Shown here piece after piece: positions 8,723 through 17,491 of a DNA stretch of 40,153 bases (its first letter is position 1; every line of letters begins with the position of its first letter). Source of the stretch: a virus (Duplodnaviria; Caudoviricetes); the IMG/VR virus record IMGVR_UViG_3300037044_000263, positions 1 to 40,153 of that record, one strand, 5' to 3'. Position numbers and translations under genes: made by a program. A model generated the notes under the pieces. That model did no database searches, was not told the origin of the DNA, and worked only from the letters and a program-made list of their open reading frames with translations.

Positions 8723-10823
8723 CCACATCGCCCTCAGGCATAATCTTGTTAATTTCACAGACTTTGAAATACCGCCGGCGGTCACCAAGCTGCACTTTAA
8801 CGGTTGAAACTGAGTACCCAGACTCCAGAGCGATTTCCTCGGCACTATCCCCATTCTCAAAACATTGCGCCCACTCCGCCACTCGCGGATTAGTGCCGGC
8901 GCTTCTGAACGCTCGCCAAGTTGCTGGCAATAAAGGCTTTCCTTCCAAGCCGACGATTTGACCTTTCGCCTCTTGACCCTCTACTAGTGGCATTTCCGCT
9001 GCCTGATAGTCGTCCTGTTGGCCGTCCCGTTCCAGCCGCAAACGCCGACACCAAAGAGTCTCGCCCTCGTAATTGAAGTGTTCAAACCCATTTTCTGCAG
9101 ACGCATCCAGCAAGTGATTCGCCAAGGACGAAATCGCCCATACCTTTCCTTCGTATTCCACCTGATTGGAGTCATCACGCACGGTGCATGTGATATGACT
9201 GTCTTTTTTGAAAACCAGTTCTGCGCCTATCGGCACGCCAAGATTAGCAAAGCGTGTGTTCGGGCTACGTACACGTTTACCGGTCACGGATAAGTCGCCA
9301 GCATTATTCGCCACCCGCACCTCAGCGAGCGGCGGACTTTTCTCTGCCAGGCTCTCGTCTTTGTTGCCCTCACGCTCCAGCCGCAAACGCCGCCCCCAAA
9401 GAGTTTCGCCCTTGTAGCTGAAATGGCAAAAGCCATTTGCAGCAGATTCTTTCAATAAGTGGTTCGCCAAGGCCGAAATCGCCCATAGTTTGCCATCGTA
9501 TTCCACCTGATTGGAGTCATCACGCACAGTGCAAGTGATCTGACTGTCCCTTGTGAAAATCAGCTCTGCTCCTATCGGCACACCTAGATTAAAGAAGCGT
9601 GTGTTCGGACTACGCACGCGCTTCCCCGTCAGGGATAAGTCGCCAGCATTATTCGCCGCCCGCACCTCAGCGGGTGGCGAAATCTTCTCTGCCCGACTCT
9701 CGTCTTTGTCACTTTCTCTCTCTAGACGCAAACGCCGCTCCCAAAGAGTCTCGCCCTCGTAGCTGAAGTGGTCAAACCCATTTTCTGCAGACGCATCCAG
9801 CAAGTGATTCGCCAAGGACGAAATCGCCCATACCTTTCCTTCGTATTCCACCTGATTGGAGTCATCACGCACGGTGCATGTGATATGAGTGTCTTTTTTG
9901 AAAACCAGTTCTGCGCCTATCGGCACGCCAAGATTAGCAAAGCGTGTGTTCGGGCTACGTACACGCTTACCGGTCACGGATAAGTCGCCTGTCATTTCGC
10001 TAGATTTTCTCGTATTAGGAAAGACAGCATGCCTGCCTTGGTAGTACTTCGCGCAGACGTGCTTGAATGTGCCGTTATCCTGCAAGGCGTATTCCTCGCG
10101 GAAACGGCTGCAGTAGAACAAATTAAGCGCGAATTCAAGTTTTGCAACTGACACGTTCTCATCCAGCGCAACCAGCGTATCGACAGCGGTTGTCAATTTC
10201 TCCGCGAAATCTTCTGGCAGATGGATCGCATCCGCACTGCGCCAGCAGAGTACCCCGCCGACTTCCGCCGCATGGACTTCCGGCAGGAATAACTCACGGA
10301 TTCCTGCCAATGCCTCGGCAGTCAGGTGCGGCATTGCCTCTTCGATTTCACTTAAGGCCAACATGCCGTCAGCCTCTTTAATGAGTTCAACCATTGTCTT
10401 CGAGGTTGCTGCCAGGCACTCACCCAGATTCGACGGGGGCATGAAACAGACAAAGCCGCCCTTTCCCCACGCAGCTACCGTGAAATTCAGATGTCGCAGA
10501 AAGGTCGCGAAATACTGCGGCGTCACGATGTGGCGGAGCACGCCGCAGTAGATTTCAAACAGGCGTTCGACCGAGAAGCAGCCATATTCCATCAGCCACT
10601 TCGTTGCCTGTTCCCGAAAGGCGAGCCGGGGGGCATCATCCGAAATCATTTCGCGGGAGAACCACAGCCCATCCCCAAGCTGGAACATCTCGTCTTTCAG
10701 CTCGTCGATCTGACCATCCTCAAACGGAACTTTCTGCCGAAGCAACCGCACCGCCATCGGATCGAACGACACACCGTTGGGGCATTCTCGCGCCAGAGCC
10801 TTCAAAAGGTCATCAGTCGTCAT
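8715..10823 (-). CDS. Multidomain protein: N-terminal helical region, three tandem RAMA-like domains, C-terminal HTH
   Basis: Three ~115-aa repeats (F..LGVPIGAEL.F.....ITCTV.D..QVEY.G..WAIS.LA..LL.....NGF..F.Y.GETL) resembling the RAMA / T5orf172-associated domain. C-terminal SAEEIALESGYSVSTVK is HTH-like. Likely start ATG 10823. Confidence 0.7.
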   Translation of the reverse strand: MTTDDLLKALARECPNGVSFDPMAVRLLRQKVPFEDGQIDELKDEMFQLGDGLWFSREMISDDAPRLAFREQATKWLMEYGCFSVERLFEIYCGVLRHIVTPQYFATFLRHLNFTVAAWGKGGFVCFMPPSNLGECLAATSKTMVELIKEADGMLALSEIEEAMPHLTAEALAGIRELFLPEVHAAEVGGVLCWRSADAIHLPEDFAEKLTTAVDTLVALDENVSVAKLEFALNLFYCSRFREEYALQDNGTFKHVCAKYYQGRHAVFPNTRKSSEMTGDLSVTGKRVRSPNTRFANLGVPIGAELVFKKDTHITCTVRDDSNQVEYEGKVWAISSLANHLLDASAENGFDHFSYEGETLWERRLRLERESDKDESRAEKISPPAEVRAANNAGDLSLTGKRVRSPNTRFFNLGVPIGAELIFTRDSQITCTVRDDSNQVEYDGKLWAISALANHLLKESAANGFCHFSYKGETLWGRRLRLEREGNKDESLAEKSPPLAEVRVANNAGDLSVTGKRVRSPNTRFANLGVPIGAELVFKKDSHITCTVRDDSNQVEYEGKVWAISSLANHLLDASAENGFEHFNYEGETLWCRRLRLERDGQQDDYQAAEMPLVEGQEAKGQIVGLEGKPLLPATWRAFRSAGTNPRVAEWAQCFENGDSAEEIALESGYSVSTVKVQLGDRRRYFKVCEINKIMPEGDVDV
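9031..9990 (-). repeat. Intragenic tandem repeat, 3 units with 345-bp period
   Basis: ttttctgcagacgcatccag occurs at 9091 and 9781 (690 apart), with a more diverged copy in between at +345. Confidence 0.93.
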
Positions 10824-11053
10824 GCCGCCCCCCGTACACGGGTCAGCCACAATAACATCAGAACATACACATCACCTATGTTGTCGAGTCGATTCCTTGA
10901 CACAGAAAACCCTTGTAATCGCGAACGGCATCTCGTGAGAAAGATTTCTTCCATCGCCCTTTCCAATCTGGTCAAATGCCAAATAGTCAGCAAACGTTCT
11001 TCAGGAGAAACGTACGCATGTCTGCACACAGATGCTAACCGGTACAGTTTCAT
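10820..11053 (-). CDS. Possible small hypothetical protein (77 aa)
   Basis: GGAGG upstream of the ATG; the stop overlaps the next start (ATGA). No recognisable motif. Confidence 0.3.
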   Translation of the reverse strand: MKLYRLASVCRHAYVSPEERLLTIWHLTRLERAMEEIFLTRCRSRLQGFSVSRNRLDNIGDVYVLMLLWLTRVRGAA

Positions 11054-11268
11054 ACGCCACGGCCCTCCCGATGATCAAATCGACTATCATAATACCCTTG
11101 GAACGGATTAAGAACAAGGTTGGAAAGCGGAAAAATAGGGAAGTCAAAATATAGGAAACAACAAGAGATTGAGCGGCAAGAAACGAAAAGCAATTTTGGG
11201 TTATGAAGATAGCAAACACAAGCCACAATGGCGAACTCGAAAAGTCTGTTTATTTTCAGTGATCCCCG

Positions 11269-11297
11269 TTGCCTCTTGCCCGATTCGATTGTAAAAT
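11269..11297 (+). promoter_or_regulatory. Sigma70-type promoter
   Basis: TTGCCT-17 nt-TAAAAT in an AT-rich intergenic region, followed by AGGAG (11341) and ATG (11352). Confidence 0.55.
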
Positions 11298-11587
11298 GCG
11301 CCTATCTTTTTTGCCAAGGCAGAACGTTTTGTAGGCAGTCAGGAGCGGCCGATGAAAACAATTTTGATAAAAACCGTGTTATTCAATAATAATGAGCCGA
11401 ATATGGCTTCTGCCGTGTATACAGGCCATCGACGAACTGTACGTAATATGCCCGGAAACGGATTGCCGGTAGTCAATTAGGCGGCTGGCGAGGCAGGAAT
11501 ACTGGCGGGCATAAGAATCAGAAGACACTATTCGAAACCTTCGTTTCGAACCATACGACTATTTGGGCCTTTTCCCTCAATCCACTT

Positions 11588-12511
11588 GTGACGCCGTATC
11601 GCGCGTTTCGGAGTGCTTTCAAATTGGTTTTTGGACTTGCATCCAGTGGAGGTTCTATGTCGATTTCAGGTGTGCCGCCCCCCCTACCCGTGGCCGGAAT
11701 GAAACCCGAGTGGGCGTGTGACAAATTCTTTCAGTGTTCGCTGGTGAATAGCGATGTGCTGCTGAGCGCGCCGACAGAGGTGGAAAACGGCACGGAGGAG
11801 ATACTGGCCGCTTTTTTTTACGAGGTGCCCGCTGAGGCGGGCAGCACGAACCTTGGGCTTGTGCTGGCGTGCGCGGACCTGACGCTTTATGCGGTGTTGG
11901 ACGGGTTGCCGAAAACGTTTACGGCGCTGAAGCAAGTGTGTCTTCCTTACGGCGGTGTGGCGGATGTGCCCGCGAGCGGGAAGGGCGGTTCGGTGCTGTG
12001 GTCGGATAAGTCGATCCAGCGGATCTTGCAGTATGACCGGCTGGGACCGAATGATGTGGCACCGCACATGATGCGTTACGCGCGGTATGTGAGTTATCTC
12101 GCGACGCCCTCTTTCGCGGAGATGCCGGCAACTAAACAGGAAGAACGTAAACTCTTAACGCAGGGGCGCGCAGACGCGAAGGGGCGAGAGCCCGGAGGAC
12201 AGACGGGTGCGGAGAGAACGCCGAACGCTCAACGCCCAGCGCCGAACGCCCAAGTAGAGACGGGGAAGATCAAGGTGATCCGCGATGGCGCGGTCTTGGA
12301 ATACGGGGGCAAGACTTACAGTTTCGGCGGGTACAAGCGCTGGGAGTTTGTGCGGGCATTGATCGCCGCGAACGGCGATTATGTGAATTGCGAAAAGGGA
12401 CTGAAAGCCCTTTTCGCGAATACAGCGCAAGCCAAAGCCTTTTATGATGCGGCAGTCGAAGCCGAGGGGCTTGGCCGCAAGGGCACCGGACGTTACCGAT
12501 TAAAGATCTGA
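11588..12511 (+). CDS. Hypothetical protein with C-terminal winged-helix-like domain (putative regulator; true start possibly 11352 via frameshift)
   Basis: C-terminus LEYGGKTYSF...RWEFVRALIAANGDYV...GRKGTGRYRL resembles an OmpR-type wHTH. The reading frame is open from 11447. Confidence 0.6.
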   Translation: MTPYRAFRSAFKLVFGLASSGGSMSISGVPPPLPVAGMKPEWACDKFFQCSLVNSDVLLSAPTEVENGTEEILAAFFYEVPAEAGSTNLGLVLACADLTLYAVLDGLPKTFTALKQVCLPYGGVADVPASGKGGSVLWSDKSIQRILQYDRLGPNDVAPHMMRYARYVSYLATPSFAEMPATKQEERKLLTQGRADAKGREPGGQTGAERTPNAQRPAPNAQVETGKIKVIRDGAVLEYGGKTYSFGGYKRWEFVRALIAANGDYVNCEKGLKALFANTAQAKAFYDAAVEAEGLGRKGTGRYRLKI

Positions 12512-12548
12512 CGGCGGTACACGCCAGCAATCAAAAGCAATTCTTATT

Positions 12549-12622
12549 CGAAAAACCCCTGTGTTTACAGGGGTTTTTCGCTTGCGGCGAGCAATCGAAA
12601 GCAATCGATTGCTCGCTTTTCT
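12549..12622 (+). terminator. Two hairpins (terminator/operator region)
   Basis: Perfect 13-bp stem cgaaaaacccctg/caggggtttttcg (12549-12580), and an 11-bp stem gcgagcaatcg/cgattgctcgc (12587-12616) followed by a T-run. Confidence 0.55.
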
Positions 12623-12736
12623 TTATATTTCATATAAGGGGCCTTGCAAAGCGGATTGCACCGCTAAGCGGGTCACGGCGCGGCCGGGCGGCGGCGGGAC
12701 TGAAACAAATACAGCCCGTTTCAAGCGAGGTGCCAA

Positions 12737-13288
12737 ATGGCAGTGCTTCAAGAGACAAGCAGCAAAAGCAACAACCCGTATCTGGATCAAGTCAAGGATG
12801 ACGTGGCTCCGGCGGGTACGTGGGTGTCCACGATCATCGACATCAAAGATCAGTTCGGTGTCGTGCGGCCGTCGTTCGACAATCCGCAGGTTACGGAGGT
12901 GGTCGACCTGACCACGTTCCTGTTCGGGTTCCGCGACCAGGCGGGGCAGCCGCACCGGATCGCATCGAAAACGATGCGCATCAGCGGCAATGAGAAATCG
13001 AACCTGTTCGGCTTCCTCAAGTCGGCGCTGGGCAGCACTCCGAAATACGGCTGGGACTATTGCGAGATGAAGGGCAAGAAGTGCCTCATCACGATCGCGC
13101 ATGAGGCGAAACGCAACGGCCAGGGAATCTTTCCGACCATCGCGGCGTTGTGCCCGGTGCCTGCGGGGATGGCGGCTGGCGTTCCGGCGGCGGTGCCGCA
13201 GCAGGCTGCGCCGGCGGCCCCCGCCCCTGCCCCTGCCCCTGCGCCGGTGTCTGCGCCTGTTGTGGATGACGAGCCGCTGCCGTTCTAG
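12737..13288 (+). CDS. Phage single-stranded DNA-binding protein (NGO0469-like)
   Basis: APAGTW..IIDI N-terminus, Pro/Ala linker and acidic-aromatic tail DDEPLPF; GAGG RBS. Confidence 0.65.
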   Translation: MAVLQETSSKSNNPYLDQVKDDVAPAGTWVSTIIDIKDQFGVVRPSFDNPQVTEVVDLTTFLFGFRDQAGQPHRIASKTMRISGNEKSNLFGFLKSALGSTPKYGWDYCEMKGKKCLITIAHEAKRNGQGIFPTIAALCPVPAGMAAGVPAAVPQQAAPAAPAPAPAPAPVSAPVVDDEPLPF

Positions 13289-13360
13289 GGAACGGATGAA
13301 GGCTGAAGTATGAATCGCCGTGTCCGGCTTCGGCCGGCACGGCGGAAAGGAGAAAAGATC

Positions 13361-14158
13361 ATGGCTATTTTGACACGGAACGCGATGAAGAGCTCGCATT
13401 GGTATACGCGCGAAGGCGATCCGATGCACAGGATCATGAAGGCGGATGGCTCGGGCGACCGGGCGACCACGATCACTGACGCGAAGCGGCTGAAGCTGCT
13501 GCCGTCGGTGACGGGAATTCTGGGGATTCTGGCGAAGCCCGCGCTTGAAAGTTGGAAGATGAACCAAGTGGCGCTCGCCACTCTGCGCACACCGAAAACC
13601 GAAAACGAGGCAGAGGATTACTGGTGCAAGCGCGTGAAGGATGCGGCGTTTGAGCAGGTGGAAGACGCGGCGGATCTCGGCAGCGAGATCCACGCGGCGC
13701 TGGAGTGCGCCACGGCGGGCGAGCCGTGGGATGCTTTCCTTTACGGGGTCTTCGTGCAACCAGTTCTGGATTTCATCGCGCAGGAAGCGCTGATCATCAC
13801 GGGACGCGAGAAGCGGCTCGTGAACGGGGCTCACGGTTTCGCGGGCCAGACCGATTTGCTCTTCACCTGGGGTGACGGCAAGCCGGGGATTCTGGATTAC
13901 AAGACCAAGAAGACCAAACCCGGTGAGAAGGTGGGCGCGTACGATGAACACCGGCTCCAGCTCGCGGCGTACGCGGCGACGGAGTACGGCGAGGCCGCGC
14001 TGCCCGAGGTGAAGGCGTTCAACGTGTTCGTTTCGAGCACCGAGCCGGGGCGCGTGGATCACGTGCAGCATGGTGACCTGTCGCGGGACTGGCAGGCGTT
14101 CAAGATGCTGGCGAGCATCTGGCGGTATTCGAAGGGATACGATCCGCGCTTCGCGTAG
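13361..14158 (+). CDS. PD-(D/E)XK exonuclease (RecB/Cas4-like phage nuclease)
   Basis: LPSVTGIL, GSEIH, GFAGQTDL, ILDYKT and QLAAYA motifs; AAGGAG RBS before ATG 13361. Confidence 0.8.
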   Translation: MAILTRNAMKSSHWYTREGDPMHRIMKADGSGDRATTITDAKRLKLLPSVTGILGILAKPALESWKMNQVALATLRTPKTENEAEDYWCKRVKDAAFEQVEDAADLGSEIHAALECATAGEPWDAFLYGVFVQPVLDFIAQEALIITGREKRLVNGAHGFAGQTDLLFTWGDGKPGILDYKTKKTKPGEKVGAYDEHRLQLAAYAATEYGEAALPEVKAFNVFVSSTEPGRVDHVQHGDLSRDWQAFKMLASIWRYSKGYDPRFA

Positions 14159-14205
14159 GAACGCGATTTACCACAAAGAGCACAGAGAACACAAAGGATA
14201 ATCAA

Positions 14206-14532
14206 ATGAAGACAACGACATTGACGGCGATGAGGGCGATTTATGAGAGCGATCCGGCGCGGACGCGTGCGGATCGGGAGCTGTTGCTGAAAACGCTGGG
14301 GCTGACCGATTGCCAAGAGGCGGCGCGGCCTGCTGAAAAGCTGGTCGCGTTCGAAGAAGCGGCCAAGCGGTTGAACCGTACGACAAGGACGGTGCATCTG
14401 CTGGCGCGGCGCGGCGTTTTGCGCAAAGCGAAGATGCCGGGCTGCACGCGGTGCGCAGGCGTTCTGGCGTCGGATTTGGACGCGCTGCTGGCGAACATGG
14501 TTCAGGTAGTTGACGCTCCGGCATGCGGATGA
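14206..14532 (+). CDS. Excisionase-like HTH DNA-binding protein
   Basis: LVAFEEAAKRLNRTTRTVHLLARRGVL is a MerR/Xis-type HTH. Confidence 0.65.
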   Translation: MKTTTLTAMRAIYESDPARTRADRELLLKTLGLTDCQEAARPAEKLVAFEEAAKRLNRTTRTVHLLARRGVLRKAKMPGCTRCAGVLASDLDALLANMVQVVDAPACG

Positions 14533-14590
14533 TGCGCGGTAAACAGTTGGATGTTTCACGCGGAGGCGCGAAGAACGCGGAGGGTAAACG

Positions 14591-16441
14591 ATGAACGTGA
14601 AAGTTGTCGGGCCGGGGGAGTTCAGGCCGATGCCGGGCGCGGTGATCGGCGTTGATTTCGAGACGTTCTATGACGGCGCGTACTCGGTGAAGGAACTGGG
14701 CAACTGGTCGTATGTGCATCATCCGCGGTTCAAGGCGTGGGCGGTGGCGGTGACGGACGGCGCGACGGCTTGCGTGTGCGAGCCGTCGGCGTTCCCGTGG
14801 GACCGTATTGACGGGCGCGAGTGGGTGAGCCACAACCGGGAGTTTGACCGCGCGGTGTTCAACCGGCTGCAGGAGTCGTTCGCGATCCAGCCGTACATCG
14901 AACCGGCGGTGTGGTTCTGCTCGGCGGCGGCGTGCGCGTTCCTCCAGTTGCCGCGTGATCTGCAGGGTGCGTGCAAGGCGGTGTTGGACTTGGAGGTCGA
15001 CAAGAGCTTGCGCGACATGAGCAAAGGTGTGCGCGGGTGCGGCGTGCCCACCCTCTTCGACCTCGACCTGTGCTATGCCGAAAAGGAGTATGCGGCGAAT
15101 GATGCGGTGATGTGCCTGGCGCTGTGGCGCGAGGTCGGGCCACGGTGGCCGGCGCATGAGCGGCGGCTGTTCGAGCTGACGTGCGACATGGGGCGGCTCG
15201 GGCTGTGTTTGGACTGGGAAACGGTGGCCGAGAAGAAACGGGAGTTGAATAGCCGCGTGGATTCGCTGGTGCGCGGGCTGCCCTGGACGCCCGCGCTGTC
15301 CGCGAAGAAGTTCAAGGCCGCTTGCCGGGAAGCGGGGATTGAGCCGCCGCACAGTTCGGCGGCGGGTGATGAGGCCTATCAGATGTGGGCCGACGATCAC
15401 GCGGGTACTGTGCCCGCGCAATGGGCTGCGGACATGTCAGCGATCCGGCGCTGCGGCCGGTTGGCGAATGTTTTGGAGGCGATGGAGGCGCGGCACAAGC
15501 CCGACGGGCGCATGGTGTATGAACTGAAGTATTTCGGCGCGTCGCCGGGGCGCTGGGCGGGCGGCGGCGGCCTGAACGTTCAGAACTTCAACCGCAAGGA
15601 GACCGAAGGGCTCGACGTTCGCAAGTGCATCATGGCCGCGCCGGGCCATGTGCTGGCGGTGGCGGATTATTCGCAGATCGAGGCGCGGGTGTTGCTGTTC
15701 CTCGCGGGCGACACTGCGGCGCTTGCGTTGTTGGCGGAGCATCCGGAGTGGGACATGTATGAGTTGCACGCTCGCGCAACGATGAATTACCGCGAGACGG
15801 AAAGCCTCAAGGATTTCTGCGAGCGGACGGGGAGCAGTCTGCGGCAGCTTGCCAAGGTGCGTGTGCTGGGGCTCGGGTTCCGGTGCGGGGCTGAGACGTT
15901 CATCCGCGTGGCGCGAGTGTTGGCCGGCATGAAGATCGGATTTGATGAGGCCAAGCGGATCGTGCGCGAGTACCGCGAATCGAATCCGAAGATTGTTCAC
16001 CTCTGGAATGCGCTTCAGGCGGCGGCGGAAATGTGCATCGGCGAAGAGGTGAACCAGTACGTGCTGCCTTTCCCCTGCACGCAGTACGACCCGCGCTGCG
16101 GGCGGTACCTGATCTACCGGGATGTTGCTTGGCATCCGCACGGGAAGTCGCTGACTGCGGTTGTCGGCGGTGAGCGCGTGCCTCTGCACGGCGGCATCAT
16201 CGCCGAGAACTGGACGCAGGGCACGGCGCGGGACGTGCTGGCGTCGGCCTGGCTGCGGTGCCGGTCGGCGGGGTACTCCCCTATCCTGACCGTGCATGAC
16301 GAACTGGTGTTCGAGGTGCCGGAAGAAACCGCTCGCGAGGATTTGAAGCGGATCGTGTCGATCATGGAGAAGCCGCTCGCGTGGGCACCGGGCCTGCCGC
16401 TGAAGGCTGACGGGAAGCTGATGAGCCGATATGGAAAATGA
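14591..16441 (+). CDS. polA: Phage family A DNA polymerase with 3'-5' exonuclease domain
   Basis: Exo motifs VDFET and HNREFD; motif A VADYSQIEARV; motif B RQLAKVRVLGLGF; motif C TVHDELV. Confidence 0.92.
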   Translation: MNVKVVGPGEFRPMPGAVIGVDFETFYDGAYSVKELGNWSYVHHPRFKAWAVAVTDGATACVCEPSAFPWDRIDGREWVSHNREFDRAVFNRLQESFAIQPYIEPAVWFCSAAACAFLQLPRDLQGACKAVLDLEVDKSLRDMSKGVRGCGVPTLFDLDLCYAEKEYAANDAVMCLALWREVGPRWPAHERRLFELTCDMGRLGLCLDWETVAEKKRELNSRVDSLVRGLPWTPALSAKKFKAACREAGIEPPHSSAAGDEAYQMWADDHAGTVPAQWAADMSAIRRCGRLANVLEAMEARHKPDGRMVYELKYFGASPGRWAGGGGLNVQNFNRKETEGLDVRKCIMAAPGHVLAVADYSQIEARVLLFLAGDTAALALLAEHPEWDMYELHARATMNYRETESLKDFCERTGSSLRQLAKVRVLGLGFRCGAETFIRVARVLAGMKIGFDEAKRIVREYRESNPKIVHLWNALQAAAEMCIGEEVNQYVLPFPCTQYDPRCGRYLIYRDVAWHPHGKSLTAVVGGERVPLHGGIIAENWTQGTARDVLASAWLRCRSAGYSPILTVHDELVFEVPEETAREDLKRIVSIMEKPLAWAPGLPLKADGKLMSRYGK

Positions 16442-16549
16442 GGCTCGGCGGTTACGCCGAGCAGGCTGTTAGCGGATTAGGCTGTAGGCTGTTAGGTGAA
16501 GCGGAGAGAGTTTCGCTAAGAGGACGCGAAGAACGCAGAGGAGATTCAT

Positions 16550-17491
16550 ATGGCGTGCGTGTGGCCATTTTCACAACGGACGGTTGAGTTGCTGTCGAGA
16601 CCGCCGGCGGCGGGCGAGACGCATGTGTGGTTGGCGCGTGCGGCGTGCGGTCTGCGGAACGCGCTGGCGCGAGAGCGTTGCGAAGAGTTCCTTCGTGAGG
16701 TCTGCCGGCGTTGGGTGAGCCACCGGCCTGTGCCCGAACGGGAGATCCTGGCGGCGGTGGCGCTGGCGTATGACGCGGACGCCAAGCGGGGACCGAGGAC
16801 AACCGCCGATTGGCCGGAAGTCAACCGGGATGCGGTCGCCGCTTGTCTCGACCGGGCGGATGTGCCGCTGTTGTTCGACCCGGCGACAGACACGGGGGTC
16901 GATGCGCGGGACGCGCTCTACGGTCTTTTCCGGCCGGGCGAGCTGGTCTGCGGCGGGTGGATCTGCGAGCGGCCGGTGGTGCAGTCGGTCGAGCGTTGGG
17001 CGGCACGGGCGGGGTCGGCGCAGTTCGTGGTTTCGAACCCGATGCGGGGTCCGACGGCGCTGACCAAGGAGGGCAAGCCGTCGGCGCGGTGCCAGGCCAA
17101 CGTGGCGGTGCGGCGCTGGGTCGTGGCGGAGTTCGACGGGCCGGAGGTGGACAAGCGGGCGCAAGCGATGCTCGCGTCCGTGCTGGCGCGGGGCCTGCCG
17201 CTCAAGATGGTCGTGGATTCGGGCGGCAAGAGCCTGCACTGCTGGTATGCGTGCGAGGGGCTGGATGAGCGCGAAGCGGCGCGGTTCTTCTGGGCGGCGG
17301 TGGCGCTGGGCGCGGACGCGACGCGCTGGGACCCGTGCGGGTGGGTACGCATGCCGGGTGGCGTGAGGCGCAAGGACGGCGGGGCGGCCGTCAAGCAGAA
17401 GGTCGTTTACTGGCGAGAGGGTGAGGTAACGTTCAACGTCCAACGTTCAACGCTCAACGCCGAAGTGGATTCGGAGGTCGTAAATGGATAG
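16550..17491 (+). CDS. Archaeo-eukaryotic-type (RepB'-like) primase
   Basis: VAEFD, VDSGGKSLHCWY and RMPGG motifs; directly upstream of and overlapping the helicase. Confidence 0.7.
   Translation: MACVWPFSQRTVELLSRPPAAGETHVWLARAACGLRNALARERCEEFLREVCRRWVSHRPVPEREILAAVALAYDADAKRGPRTTADWPEVNRDAVAACLDRADVPLLFDPATDTGVDARDALYGLFRPGELVCGGWICERPVVQSVERWAARAGSAQFVVSNPMRGPTALTKEGKPSARCQANVAVRRWVVAEFDGPEVDKRAQAMLASVLARGLPLKMVVDSGGKSLHCWYACEGLDEREAARFFWAAVALGADATRWDPCGWVRMPGGVRRKDGGAAVKQKVVYWREGEVTFNVQRSTLNAEVDSEVVNG

Noticed and set aside
3-8961. Many plus-strand ORFs (up to ~218 aa) over the BREX operon
   Set aside because: Antisense shadows of long, motif-bearing minus-strand genes; no RBS or motifs.
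10913-10920. TTGTAATC matching the tRNA-Thr anticodon loop, as a possible left att core
   Set aside because: Only 8 bp with no flanking tRNA similarity; expected by chance in 40 kb.
12523-12532. GCCAGCAATC, the reverse complement of the tRNA 3' end
   Set aside because: 10 bp, inverted rather than direct, and explained by the local AGCAAT repeats.
13361-14158. Cas4-like nuclease as evidence of a CRISPR-Cas system
   Set aside because: No cas1/cas2 or array, no Fe-S cysteines; sits in a phage SSB/polymerase operon.
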